A stretch of DNA of 64,000 nt from positions 28,735 to 92,734 of the forward strand of contig SYJA01000024.1 in NCBI GenBank assembly GCA_005798555.1, read 5' to 3'. A program made the position numbers and the translations under genes. Positions 9,284 through 18,534 of this stretch are shown piece by piece. Under the pieces are notes generated by a model that made no database searches, was not told the DNA's origin, and saw nothing but the letters and a program-made list of their open reading frames with translations. How positions within the stretch are numbered: the first letter of the stretch is position 1; each line of letters starts with the position of its first letter. The DNA comes from Actinomycetota bacterium. GTDB taxonomy: Bacteria > Actinomycetota > Actinomycetes > S36-B12.

Positions 9284-10426
9284 TCAGGCGCGAAGGCTCG
9301 GCGTGGAGCTGACGGCTGTTAGTTCGCCGGGCAGTGAGACTTCAAGGAGTTGCGCATCCGGGGATACCCCCGTGAGCGCATGCTCTTGATCGGCCGGCAT
9401 CACGAATGAATCCCCAGCTTCCAAGGGTTGATCGGCATGACCGGGCATTACTAATGTCACCGAGCCAGCCATCACGAAAGTGAAGAAGAATTCATTTTCC
9501 ACCAGCGACATCAAGGTGGCGACCCCGGTTGTCGGCCGGATTACCCGCGCGCCAGCGAGCCCGAAGGTGGCGTTCGCGATACCCAGGTCCCGATATTCGA
9601 ACCCCTCATGACGCCACGGCTGCCACGTCGCAAATTCGGCTTGATGCCGCACGAATAATTGGCCATCGAAGATCCGCTCCGGTAATACCTGCGTGGTGGG
9701 CAAGGTGATCGTGTGCTCCGCCAAGGTGTCGTGCTCTGCTGGGCAGCCGATTTCAATGACTTCAAGCCCCGGTGAGCTCTCTAGAACACGGTGACGGATC
9801 TGCGGTGGCTGCAGCACGCAATCCCCGGCGTGCAGAACAAATGGCTCACCTTGATCTTCGTATACGACTTTCACCCAACCGCGATAGCAGAAGATGAGTT
9901 GGAAGCGCACCTGGTGGAAGTGAACGTAATCAGGAACGGGGCCACCATCTGGAATTCTGATGTGCGATGCGATGAACCGACCACCTTGGCGCCCCGGCTC
10001 AAGATCGCGGTATTGCATGCCAGCACGCCCGGTACCCCAGCGGGCATTGCCAAAGACTCTGCTGACAACAAGTGACTGAGCAACCGGCGGCAGCACCATG
10101 CCCGGGGCGGCTTCGACAATGTCGATCAGCGTGCCATTGGGGGCGATAAGTGTCGGGCCAGCATCTAGGACACCCGAGGGCAGCAGGGCCAGATCACGGT
10201 AAGTCAATCGAATGCGACTCGGAGCACATTCACCAGTTATTTCCTGCAACCGCAAGCGCAGCCCGTAGCCGAAAATCACCGCCATTGACGGGCTATCGGC
10301 CGGTGAGATCACCTCAAGTCGAAAACCAAGACTCTTGACGAAAAAAGCCAGGGTCTCATCAAGCCCATTGCACTCAATGACTACTACCCCGGTGGTGGAA
10401 TTCTGAGTATCCGGTGCCATGGTCAA
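9284..10426 (-). CDS. VOC (glyoxalase-like) N-domain plus bicupin protein
   Basis: 380 aa. N-terminal VVVIECNGLDETLAFFVKSLGFRLE is VOC-like. Two cupin barrels follow (…HFHQVRFQLIFCYRGWVKVVYED… and …FFFTFVMAGSVTLVMPG…). Only 2 nt separate it from the 2OG oxygenase. Confidence 0.55.
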   Translation of the reverse strand: MTMAPDTQNSTTGVVVIECNGLDETLAFFVKSLGFRLEVISPADSPSMAVIFGYGLRLRLQEITGECAPSRIRLTYRDLALLPSGVLDAGPTLIAPNGTLIDIVEAAPGMVLPPVAQSLVVSRVFGNARWGTGRAGMQYRDLEPGRQGGRFIASHIRIPDGGPVPDYVHFHQVRFQLIFCYRGWVKVVYEDQGEPFVLHAGDCVLQPPQIRHRVLESSPGLEVIEIGCPAEHDTLAEHTITLPTTQVLPERIFDGQLFVRHQAEFATWQPWRHEGFEYRDLGIANATFGLAGARVIRPTTGVATLMSLVENEFFFTFVMAGSVTLVMPGHADQPLEAGDSFVMPADQEHALTGVSPDAQLLEVSLPGELTAVSSTPSLRA

Positions 10427-10723
10427 ACTTTATGGCCTAAGGAGGCCGAATAGGAACATTAATGTTGACGGCTGCCTCAGGCGCGTTTCGCTATTGCCTT
10501 TTAGCGGTTTCGGTGTTCCCATGGGACCCGCGGCTCATTTTGGGGCCGGCGCTGCAGTGGGAAGGAAAATAAGATGCCTAGTGCGGAAGTCAATGCACCT
10601 GTTAGTTCAGCCGCAACAGATCGGTTGGTTCTTGAGTCTGCCGTACCGACCCCACACCACTCTTGATTTGGGGTCGATTGTTTGAGGTAGTAAGTGGCCT
10701 GCATAAATCACCTGGCTTTCCTG

Positions 10724-10745
10724 TGTCACTGGCCTTGAGGTGACA
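10724..10745. promoter_or_regulatory. Inverted repeat TGTCAC-N10-GTGACA in the chitinase upstream region
   Basis: 6-bp perfect arms, about 190 bp upstream of the GH18 start. TGGCCTGC/TGGCCTTG words are repeated nearby (10694-10701, 10730-10737, 10904-10911). Confidence 0.25.
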
Positions 10746-10932
10746 ACCACCCAGTGCCGAGAAGTGTGGATAACCTCACGTTTTCTACAAGTGTCCGGAA
10801 ATACACAAGGAAATCAACCGTCCGCGGCTCCTGGCTGGGAACTTTCAAGTGGGCTCGTCCGTCCTAATAACGAGTTCCATCCGATAAAAGCCGCAGGCCG
10901 CACACTGGCCTGCCCAAATTAAGGGAGTTCTG

Positions 10933-12711
10933 ATGTCCCCAGTTAAATGCCGAACTGCAACAGCTGTTGTCATCGCGGCAACCACAATTTCTGCGCTGGC
11001 AGTAATCCCTGCCGTGTCGGTGAACGCTGCCACGAATCCGGTGGTGACGAATGGAGTTACCGCGACCACCACGATAAATACCGATTGGAGTTCGGGATAT
11101 TGCGCTGATGTGGCAATTACCACCACCGCAACCACGCCACAAACATGGAGTACTCCTCTGCCAACCGACATCACGATTAATAGCCTGTGGAATGCCAAGA
11201 AATCCATCGACGCCGGCGGCAGTGTCGTAATCAAGGGGGCGGCTTGGAACCCGACGGTTAATGCGGGTACTCCGACATCATTCGGCTACTGCGCCACCCG
11301 AGCTGCCGCGGTAACACCCGCACCGGTTCCTACCGTGACGCCAACGGTGGCACCCACCGCTGCGCCAACCGTTGCACCAACCGTTGCACCAATAACCGGT
11401 ACGCCAGGCAAGACCGTGATCGCACCGTATGTGGATATGGGATTGTGGCCAACGGCGAACCTGGTGAACATGTCCGCGGCTACCGGCGTTCAGGCCGTGA
11501 CCGCCGCATTCGTCGTGCAGGAAGCCGGAAAGGTGTGCTCACCCGCCTGGGGTGGGTATCCCGCTTACACAGTTGGCGGTACCAATGACTTTTACGATGT
11601 CATCGGCGACTTCCAGAGACAAGGTGGCCGGGTGATCCCATCATTTGGTGGAGCTTCCGGATCCGAGCTGGCCAATGCCTGCACGAATGAGGCCAGCCTG
11701 CTGGCTGCCTATAAGAAGGTGGTCGACCGATTCGGCTCTGACCGTATCGACTTCGATATCGAGGGCGCTGATATTGCCAACGCGGTGTCGAACCAGCGGC
11801 GCGCAAAGGTAGTTGCGCAATTGCAAAAGGACTATGCAGCCCAAGGCAAGACTGTTGAGGTCTCCCTAACAGTTCCAGTAATGCCGTACGGCCTCGATAA
11901 CAATGGCCTGCGCACCGTTAAAGAGTTTGCCGCCGCAGGGGTGAATCTTGCGTCAGTAAACGTAATGGCCATGGACTACGGCACCGAGTGGACCGACATG
12001 GGCACGCACGCCATTACCGCGGCCCAGAACACCGCCAGCGCGTTGAAGACGATCCCGGACTACTCGAACCTTTCGAATTCGGCGTTGCTTTCACTTGTTG
12101 GGATCACGCCAATGATCGGGCAAAATGACATCGCCAGCGAGATCTTCACCATCGCTGATACGGCTAAGGTCGCTAAGTTCGTAAAGGACAATGGCGTTGG
12201 CACGCTCGCCTGGTGGGAGATGACACGCGATACGCCGTGCACCTCCACCAGCCAGGGCCTGTACCTCTGCACGAAAATCAATGAACGGCAGTGGGCATTC
12301 GCTAAGGCGTTCATCGCGGGTATGGGTGGGACGGTCCCACCGAATCCGGTACCGACGGCTACGCCAACAGCATCTGCACCCGCAGGTACTGCGGCACTTG
12401 CTATCTCCTTGGCGGTTGGCTCCGATTGGGGTACGGGGCGCACCATGGACCTGGTTATCACCAACACCGGTACTAGATCGGTGTCCACTTGGTCAGTGAC
12501 CATGCCGTGGACAGGTAGCGCCCTTGAGATGTGGAACGCCAAGGGCACCCTTGCCGGCGGCCGGTTGACCGCCACCAACGCCGACTGGAACGGACAGCTG
12601 GCACCCGGTGCATCAGTAACTGTCGGGTTCAATGACGCGGGTACTTTGACCCTGCCCACCACCTGCACTTCCACAGTGGGATCTTGCGTAATCGCGAAGG
12701 GCACTTCGTAG
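10933..12711 (+). CDS. Secreted GH18 chitinase with N- and C-terminal CBM2 carbohydrate-binding modules
   Basis: Signal peptide (…AVSVNA/AT). CBM2-like module (TTINTDWSSGYCADVAIT…FGYCA). Pro/Thr linker. GH18 catalytic core with DRIDFDIEG (DxxDxDxE). Second PT linker and a second CBM2 (…WGTGRTMDLVITNTG…WNGQLAPGASVTVGF…CTSTVGSC). Confidence 0.85.
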   Translation: MSPVKCRTATAVVIAATTISALAVIPAVSVNAATNPVVTNGVTATTTINTDWSSGYCADVAITTTATTPQTWSTPLPTDITINSLWNAKKSIDAGGSVVIKGAAWNPTVNAGTPTSFGYCATRAAAVTPAPVPTVTPTVAPTAAPTVAPTVAPITGTPGKTVIAPYVDMGLWPTANLVNMSAATGVQAVTAAFVVQEAGKVCSPAWGGYPAYTVGGTNDFYDVIGDFQRQGGRVIPSFGGASGSELANACTNEASLLAAYKKVVDRFGSDRIDFDIEGADIANAVSNQRRAKVVAQLQKDYAAQGKTVEVSLTVPVMPYGLDNNGLRTVKEFAAAGVNLASVNVMAMDYGTEWTDMGTHAITAAQNTASALKTIPDYSNLSNSALLSLVGITPMIGQNDIASEIFTIADTAKVAKFVKDNGVGTLAWWEMTRDTPCTSTSQGLYLCTKINERQWAFAKAFIAGMGGTVPPNPVPTATPTASAPAGTAALAISLAVGSDWGTGRTMDLVITNTGTRSVSTWSVTMPWTGSALEMWNAKGTLAGGRLTATNADWNGQLAPGASVTVGFNDAGTLTLPTTCTSTVGSCVIAKGTS

Positions 12712-12741
12712 CAGCAGTGAATACGTACGAGCAACGCAAAG

Positions 12742-12778
12742 CTGAGGGCGGGTCGGGATTCTCCCCGCCCGCCCTCAG
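12742..12778. terminator. Bidirectional stem-loop between convergent genes
   Basis: 11-bp perfect GC-rich stem CTGAGGGCGGG…CCCGCCCTCAG followed by TTATTTG. Sits between the chitinase stop (12711) and the stop of the minus-strand membrane protein gene (12789). Confidence 0.6.
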
Positions 12779-12788
12779 TTATTTGCCG

Positions 12789-13169
12789 TCAGGAGCTGGC
12801 GAAGAACATGCGCGCCTTGCCACCATAAAGCAGGTAGAGAATTATCAGCGCGATGATTATGTCAATTATCCCGTTGACAATAATTTCGCGGCCCGCGAAT
12901 AGGTACGAAATTCCTTTAAGCAGATTTATCACCGTAAAGATCGCCACAATGATCCTTGAGACCCGGTTACCGTCAAAGATACCCTTGGCGACCAATAGGT
13001 AGATGACCCCAATGACAATTGAAACAATGACGCCCCAAATGCCGGCGCCGACCGCATCATTGAGATTGAACAACCCAAGTACCCCAAAGAGCACACCGAG
13101 TAATCCGCTAAGGACGATGATGACCCCAACAAGGGTCACTCCAGCTGGCCGAGATACGCCGTTTGCCAT
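12789..13169 (-). CDS. Small Ile/Gly-rich integral membrane protein (4 TM, hypothetical)
   Basis: 126 aa with four hydrophobic segments. Visibly lower GC than its neighbours. Confidence 0.45.
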   Translation of the reverse strand: MANGVSRPAGVTLVGVIIVLSGLLGVLFGVLGLFNLNDAVGAGIWGVIVSIVIGVIYLLVAKGIFDGNRVSRIIVAIFTVINLLKGISYLFAGREIIVNGIIDIIIALIILYLLYGGKARMFFASS

Positions 13170-13264
13170 GTCTAACCTCTATTCCGTTGTCGAGACTGGG
13201 CCCAAACGTTTCGATCAACCCTTGCACGCCCGCCCCGGCGCACCTAGCTGACGCGCCGCAATCC

Positions 13265-13906
13265 TTAGCCGGTCCGACTAATAACGATGATCTGATCCCC
13301 CGGCCCAAAGGTCACGGACTCATCCTTGGCTGGGTTAAGGCGCAGCCCGGGTGACAGTTTTCCGGCCGCCACCGGCCCATCAACCCCATCAACACACTGG
13401 TAACCAATGGCTATCACGCCCCAATTTCGCGCCTCCGCTACCACCGCCCCGAAGGTGGTGGCTCACCTGGGCACATACCGCTCGGCCGGCAGCTTCTCGC
13501 TGCGCCCGATGATGAGCGTGTGTCCGTGTTCAATGACCGCCGACTGGCCACGCCTTAGTTCTTCGAGCCGCCGTTCGATGGCACTGGAAATCAAACCGAT
13601 GATCGCCGCCCCGATGAAGATGCCGACCAAGGTAATGAGAACACTAAAGACCCGGTATCCGGACCCTTGATCACCGGCGAACGTACCGGCATCGAGATAG
13701 CGGCCCATCGCGAGCCACACCCCTTCGGGGAAGCTGGTCGGCTCATCGCCTGGCCCGAGTCGCAGGAGCCAGGTAACCGTCGAAACCAGCAGCACTAGCA
13801 CGGCGGTCACGGCACCGGGCCAGATCAGGACTACCTAGATGCCGCGCGCCAGGCCATTGTCGAAGCGGTAACGCAGGAGCTGCTTGGGACTAAACCGAGC
13901 GGTCAT
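13265..13906 (-). pseudogene. Relic of a CASTOR/POLLUX-type (RCK-regulated) ion channel
   Basis: A single reading frame gives MTARFSPKQLLRYRFDNGLARGI-TAG(13835-13837)-VVLIWPG…pore-like region…HTLIIGRSEKLPAERYVPR-TGA(13463-13465)-ATTFGAVV…GDQIIVISRTG*. It has two in-frame stops, and the RCK/TrkA-N body between the GHTLIIG start and the TrkA-C-like tail is missing. Confidence 0.6.
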
Positions 13907-13914
13907 GCGCCTCC

Positions 13915-14292
13915 TTAGACATCTGGCGTGGCTGGGTCGGTGATCACCAGAACCCGTAAAGGTATTGAGCCGGTATTCACTAAATTGTGTTCAACCCCCG
14001 GATCCGCAAGCACGGCGTCCCCTGGACCCAACTCCACCGTCACCTTGCCCATCGTGACCTGAGCATTTCCCTCAACAACAAGGTATAACTCGGCCATCGC
14101 CCCATACTCCGGCTCAGATTCGTCATGCGAGTGCGCACCTTCGGTTGCCCCAACTGGCAGTTCCCAGATTTCGAGGTCCATTGACCACGGGTGTGCGCCC
14201 TCGAAATAACGTTGGACTGAAATCTTGCCAACCCCATCGTGCAGTTCCTCGTACGAAAAAACTCCCGCGCCCGCCCTTACGACCCGCACCAC
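13915..14292 (-). CDS. Cupin domain protein
   Basis: 125 aa. Cupin motifs GAHSHDESE…ELYLVVEGNAQV…GDAVLADPGVEHNLVN. Confidence 0.7.
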   Translation of the reverse strand: MVRVVRAGAGVFSYEELHDGVGKISVQRYFEGAHPWSMDLEIWELPVGATEGAHSHDESEPEYGAMAELYLVVEGNAQVTMGKVTVELGPGDAVLADPGVEHNLVNTGSIPLRVLVITDPATPDV

Positions 14293-14318
14293 GATGCCCT
14301 CCCGGGTAAACTGCCCAA

Positions 14319-16274
14319 GTGTTTCCCAACCTGTTTAGCCCCCTTAGTCTAGGTTCGATCACCCTGAAGAACCGAATGTTCTCCTCAGGCCATGACACCG
14401 TGATGGCCGAAAAGGGTCGGGTTGGCGATCGGTTGATCGCTTATCAAAGCGCTCGCGCGGCCGGCGGGGTCGGGCATATCGTGCTTCAGGTCTCCGGGGT
14501 GCATGAGACTGCTGAGTACACGGACAGCGAGTTAATGGCTACCAGCGACGAAGTGATCCCCGGGTACCGCAAAATCGCGGAAGCAATTCATGCCCATGAC
14601 TGCCATGTTTTCGCGCAGCTCTTTCATGGTGGGCGCGAGGTGATGACCACTCCCGACGGGCTCCTAGGAGTTGCTTGGGCGCCATCGGCCATACCCAATG
14701 AGCGATTCCACGTGATGCCTCGGGCCTTGCACATCCCCTTGATCGAGGAAATCGTGCACGGCTTTGGCCTGACCGCGGCGCGAATGGCAACAGCTGGTAT
14801 CGACGGGGTTGAGATAGTGGCCAGTCACGGATACCTGCCTGCGCAATTCATCAACCCCCGTACCAATATTCGTGATGACATTTACGGCGGCTCGTTCGAG
14901 AATCGCATGCGCTTCACGCGCGAGGTACTTGACGCGGTGCGCGCCGCGACCCCCGAGGGTTTCGTCGTCGGCCTTCGTATCAGCCTGGGCGAGCGGGATC
15001 AGGACGGCCTGACGCCGCCTGAGTCAATGCAGGCCTGCCGGTACCTTGCCAATAACGTGGATTACCTCTCGGTGACCGCCGGCAGCAGCGCGACTTATTC
15101 GGGCAGCGTGCACATTGTGCCGCCCATGAACTACCCACCCGGCTATCTCGCGGACCTATCCTCGCAGTTACGCGAGACCGTTGATGTACCAGTCTTCCTT
15201 ACCGGTCGGGTTAATACCCCGGCTGAAGCCGAACGAATCATCTCCGCCGGCAAGGCAGATGCGGTGGCGATGACCCGTGCGCTCATCTGCGATCCACTAC
15301 TGCCCAATAAAGCCCAAGACGGCGAAACCGAAACTATCCGGCTGTGCATTGGCTGTAATCAGGCCTGTATCGGGCACTTCCACCTGGGCGTACCCATCTC
15401 CTGTATTCAATACCCTGAGAGTGGCCGCGAGCGCGAGTTCGGCAGTTTACCGATGACCGCCAACGTGAAACGGGTACTCATTGTCGGTGGCGGACCGGCC
15501 GGCCTGAAAGCCGCCGCAGTTGCGGCCGCACGTGGACATGACGTTGAACTCTGGGAAGCCGCGGCAACCCTTGGTGGTCAGACCCAGTTAGCGCAACTGC
15601 TGCCGGGGCGCGCTGAGTTCGGTGGGATTGTGCCAAATCTTGTCGGCGAGGCAACACGCGCCGGCGCACGAATTTCAACCAATAAAACCGCGGACTACAA
15701 ATTAATTACCGAGTATCAGGCCGATCTTGTGGTGCTCGCAACGGGCGCCTTACCCTATGCCCCGCCCATCGAAACCCTCGATGATGAGGTGAACATCCCG
15801 ATCTTCGATTCCTGGGAAGTGCTGCGTGGGGCCCAATTACCTGCTGGCGCCATTCTCGTCGCTGACTGGCGCGGTGACTGGATCGGCCTCGGGGTCGCCA
15901 CCTTGGTCGCCGAGCGTGGGCACCCGGTAACCCTTTGTGTTCAGGGTTGGACCGCTGGGCACGCGCTGCAGCAATATGTGCGCAAGGAAATGTTGGCTGA
16001 CGCCATCAGGCACCGGGTCAGTATCCGTGACGACCTGCGGATCCGCGGTATCTCCGGTGACACGGTCTACTTGGGCCACACGCTGACCGAAGAGGCCGTG
16101 GAGATATCTGGGGTCTCGGCAATTGTGCTGGCCACCGGCCACCGCGCTAATGACTCGCTCTTCCATGAACTTGCCGAACGCGGAGCAAATGTGCGCCTAA
16201 TTGGCGATGCACTCGCGCCGCGTACAGCCGAGGAGGCCGTATTTGATGGACTTCGGGTCGGCGCGGAGTTTTAG
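14319..16274 (+). CDS. OYE-like FMN / 4Fe-4S / FAD-NAD(P) oxidoreductase (2,4-dienoyl-CoA reductase, DgcA, StcD-type architecture)
   Basis: N-terminal TIM-barrel NADH:flavin oxidoreductase block (LKNRMFSSGH…HGYLPAQF). Cys cluster CIGCNQACIGHF…C. C-terminal VLIVGGGPAGL dinucleotide fold. 651 aa. Confidence 0.85.
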   Translation: MFPNLFSPLSLGSITLKNRMFSSGHDTVMAEKGRVGDRLIAYQSARAAGGVGHIVLQVSGVHETAEYTDSELMATSDEVIPGYRKIAEAIHAHDCHVFAQLFHGGREVMTTPDGLLGVAWAPSAIPNERFHVMPRALHIPLIEEIVHGFGLTAARMATAGIDGVEIVASHGYLPAQFINPRTNIRDDIYGGSFENRMRFTREVLDAVRAATPEGFVVGLRISLGERDQDGLTPPESMQACRYLANNVDYLSVTAGSSATYSGSVHIVPPMNYPPGYLADLSSQLRETVDVPVFLTGRVNTPAEAERIISAGKADAVAMTRALICDPLLPNKAQDGETETIRLCIGCNQACIGHFHLGVPISCIQYPESGREREFGSLPMTANVKRVLIVGGGPAGLKAAAVAAARGHDVELWEAAATLGGQTQLAQLLPGRAEFGGIVPNLVGEATRAGARISTNKTADYKLITEYQADLVVLATGALPYAPPIETLDDEVNIPIFDSWEVLRGAQLPAGAILVADWRGDWIGLGVATLVAERGHPVTLCVQGWTAGHALQQYVRKEMLADAIRHRVSIRDDLRIRGISGDTVYLGHTLTEEAVEISGVSAIVLATGHRANDSLFHELAERGANVRLIGDALAPRTAEEAVFDGLRVGAEF

Positions 16275-17729
16275 CTAGGCGACATTGATGGCGGGCCCAG
16301 GCCCAGCCGACTTAATGAGCCTGGCGCGGTCCTTGCTCCATGATTTGTAAGCGCGGTCGGTGGCCTCGCCAATGATCGATACCATGCGGTCTATTTCCTT
16401 CGCGCCAGAAACCAACGGGGGCGATAGCTGAATAACCGGTTCACCTCGATCGTCCAATCTGCAGAGCAACCCCAATTCGTCCATGTGCCCGGATAGTTCA
16501 TCGCGCAGGAGCCAATTTGCCTCTGCTTCGTCAAACATCTCACGGGTTTCACGATTCTTTACCAACTCGATTGCCCAGAAGAATCCGGCACCGCGGATAT
16601 CGCCAACGAGTGGGTTGGCGCGCAACTCCTGCAGCCTATTTTCAAAATACCCTTCGAGGGTGCGCACATTCTCGAACACCTGCTCACGGTCGTAAATATC
16701 CATGACCTTTAGCGCGATGGCAGTCGAAAGCGGGTGCCCACTGAAGGTTAGTCCGTGCATGTAGGTCACCGCTCCGGTCACAAAAGGCTCGGCAACCCGG
16801 TCATTCATGAGGACGCCACCTAATGGTGCATGGCCCGCCGTCGCCCCTTTGGCAAAAGTAATAAGGTCGGGCCGAGCGGCAAATCGCATCGAGCCAAACC
16901 ACTCACCGACCCGGCCAAAAGCGCTGATGGTTTCGTCGGCCACCAATAAAATCCCGTACCGATCGCATAACTCGCGCAGCCCGGACCAGTAGCCCGCCGG
17001 TGGCGTGAACGCCCCGCCGGAATTCTGCACCGGCTCGGCGATCAGCATCGCGATCTCGTCAGCACCTTCACGAATAATCGTCAGGTGAATTTCATCCAGC
17101 AACGACTTGGTGAAGGCGGCTTCATTCGCACCATCCGGGTGGCGATAAGCATTGGTGTTGCTGACGAAAGATACCGGGATCGGCAACGGCAGGAATGGCT
17201 CCCGACAGTTATCGAGTCCGGTGAGGCTGAGTGCGCCGAGTGAGGTCCCGTGATACGCCAGGTCGCGGGCAATTGCCTTTCGTCGCTGCGGTTGGCCATT
17301 GGCAATGTGCCATTGACGAACCAGTTTCCACGCGGCTTCAACTGCTTCGCCGCCACCGCTGGTGAGAAATAGCCTGGTCATGCCCAGCGGCTCGGCTGCG
17401 CGCGTTAACCGCTCCGCGAGATGTACTGCGGCCGGGTGGGTCAGCGACCAGTTCGGCGAATACACCATTTCCGAAAGTTGCTGCTGGGCTACAGCGCCCA
17501 CCTCAGCCCCGCAGGAGTGGCCGAGGTTAGTGCAGAAGAGGCCGGAGAGCCCATCTAGGTATCGGCGTCCAAAGGAGTCGATGACTTCGCAGCCGTCGCC
17601 GCGAACCATAACCCGGATCGGCCGGTCATCGAAGTCACTTAAATCAGTGAAATTCAAGAGCAGGTGCGCCCGCGCTGCATCTTGGTCCGCGCTAGCGCCC
17701 CGGCGCCGCTTGGTAAGCATTTCCCACAC
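16275..17729 (-). CDS. Class III (omega-type) PLP-dependent aminotransferase
   Basis: 484 aa. Aspartate aminotransferase fold type I, class III pattern (…LTSGGGEAVEAAWK…LVADETISAFGRVGEWF…FAKGATAGHAPLGG). The start is either GTG 17729 or ATG 17720. Confidence 0.9.
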   Translation of the reverse strand: MWEMLTKRRRGASADQDAARAHLLLNFTDLSDFDDRPIRVMVRGDGCEVIDSFGRRYLDGLSGLFCTNLGHSCGAEVGAVAQQQLSEMVYSPNWSLTHPAAVHLAERLTRAAEPLGMTRLFLTSGGGEAVEAAWKLVRQWHIANGQPQRRKAIARDLAYHGTSLGALSLTGLDNCREPFLPLPIPVSFVSNTNAYRHPDGANEAAFTKSLLDEIHLTIIREGADEIAMLIAEPVQNSGGAFTPPAGYWSGLRELCDRYGILLVADETISAFGRVGEWFGSMRFAARPDLITFAKGATAGHAPLGGVLMNDRVAEPFVTGAVTYMHGLTFSGHPLSTAIALKVMDIYDREQVFENVRTLEGYFENRLQELRANPLVGDIRGAGFFWAIELVKNRETREMFDEAEANWLLRDELSGHMDELGLLCRLDDRGEPVIQLSPPLVSGAKEIDRMVSIIGEATDRAYKSWSKDRARLIKSAGPGPAINVA

Positions 17730-17737
17730 CCTTTTGT

Positions 17738-17755
17738 CCTGAACGGTCGTTCAGG
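17738..17755. promoter_or_regulatory. Perfect palindrome CCTGAACGGTCGTTCAGG, candidate TetR operator upstream of the aminotransferase
   Basis: 8-bp arms with a 2-bp spacer, 9-18 bp upstream of the aminotransferase start. A related half-palindrome CTGAACATTCAG lies at 17779-17790. It matches the site at 18517-18534 in 14 of 18 positions. Confidence 0.55.
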
Positions 17756-17810
17756 ATGCTGACAGCATAACATCCTGACTGAACATTCAGCAAGTACCTC
17801 GGGGGCGCGT

Positions 17811-18461
17811 CTATTTTTTCCGTCGACCCCCAGCGGGCCCGGTTTTTTCACCGGCTGGGGAGATCCCAAGCTCCAGTACCGCCGATTGCCACCACAGTTC
17901 AGTGAATTTGCCGGTCGTCATACCCGGCTCGGCCAGGGCCAGCTGGATCGCGAGGCCATCCATCAAGGCGGCCAACCGAAGGACCGAAGCTTTCGGATCG
18001 CTGGCGGCAAAAACCCCGGCGGCCAGTCCTTCGTCAACCACCTGGCGCAAGGCGCCCCGCCACCGGTTATCCAAGGACTCCCTAGCGGCGCGGGCACCAT
18101 CATCGCGGATGGCCCGCACCCACAGTTCCAGCCAGAGCCGCCAATCACCTACGGCCGGGCCATATCCGGCGCCGAGTTCAGCGATATGGCGAAGGCGCGG
18201 TACCGGGCCAACCACCTCACTTAGGTTGCGCTCCAATTCCTCATAGAACTCGTCCTCGAGCAAGGTCAAACTCGCCGCAAGTGCGCCGGCCAGCGAACCG
18301 AAATGATAGAGAACCAGGCCCTGCGAGGTACCGGCCGCCTCCGCAATGTCGGTGACCCTCGTCCCCGCGAACCCACGTTCGCGCACGACGGCGATGGTGG
18401 CGCGCAGGATCCGTCCGCGCCGCTCCTCAGGCGCTTTCGCGGCCAACGTCGCTGCAGCCAT
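17811..18461 (-). CDS. TetR-family transcriptional regulator
   Basis: N-terminal HTH ILRATIAVVRERGFAGTRVTDIAEAAGTSQGLVLYHF. 216 aa. Divergent from the acyl-CoA dehydrogenase operon. Confidence 0.9.
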   Translation of the reverse strand: MAAATLAAKAPEERRGRILRATIAVVRERGFAGTRVTDIAEAAGTSQGLVLYHFGSLAGALAASLTLLEDEFYEELERNLSEVVGPVPRLRHIAELGAGYGPAVGDWRLWLELWVRAIRDDGARAARESLDNRWRGALRQVVDEGLAAGVFAASDPKASVLRLAALMDGLAIQLALAEPGMTTGKFTELWWQSAVLELGISPAGEKTGPAGGRRKK

Positions 18462-18516
18462 CTAACTCCTTGTCGATACTTAGCTCCACCGAGCAGAAAT
18501 CTAACCCATGCGGGTT

Positions 18517-18534
18517 ATTGAACGGTTATTCAGG
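18517..18534. promoter_or_regulatory. ATTGAACGGTTATTCAGG, second copy of the TGAACGG-N-TTCAGG operator motif in the divergent TetR/ACAD promoter region
   Basis: Lies in the 119-bp divergent intergenic region, nested inside a larger inverted repeat CTAACC…GGTTAG (18501-18538). Confidence 0.5.

Noticed and set aside
10574-10666. 30-codon ORF with a GGAAGGA SD in the chitinase upstream region, considered as a real leader peptide gene.
   Set aside because: It is too short and has no recognisable features, so I cannot call it as a feature from sequence alone. It is kept only as part of the upstream-region finding.
11330-11400. Short tandem DNA repeats (CCAACCGTTGCA-type). A similar GCGGCGCCGGCCGAA-type repeat lies at about 55830-55900. 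I considered both as possible CRISPR-like or minisatellite arrays.
   Set aside because: Both lie in frame inside genes and encode Pro/Thr or Pro-Ala-Glu-Ala-Ala interdomain linkers. The units are about 12-15 nt with no spacers, so they are not CRISPR.
12060-12734. 224-aa ORF antisense to the chitinase gene. Similar long antisense ORFs occur elsewhere, for example 19851-20396, 35746-36144, 39029-39520 and 55638-56072.
   Set aside because: These are typical GC-rich shadow frames. They lie fully inside genes with strong motif support on the other strand, are Arg/Pro/Ala/Ser-rich, and have no motifs and no SD.
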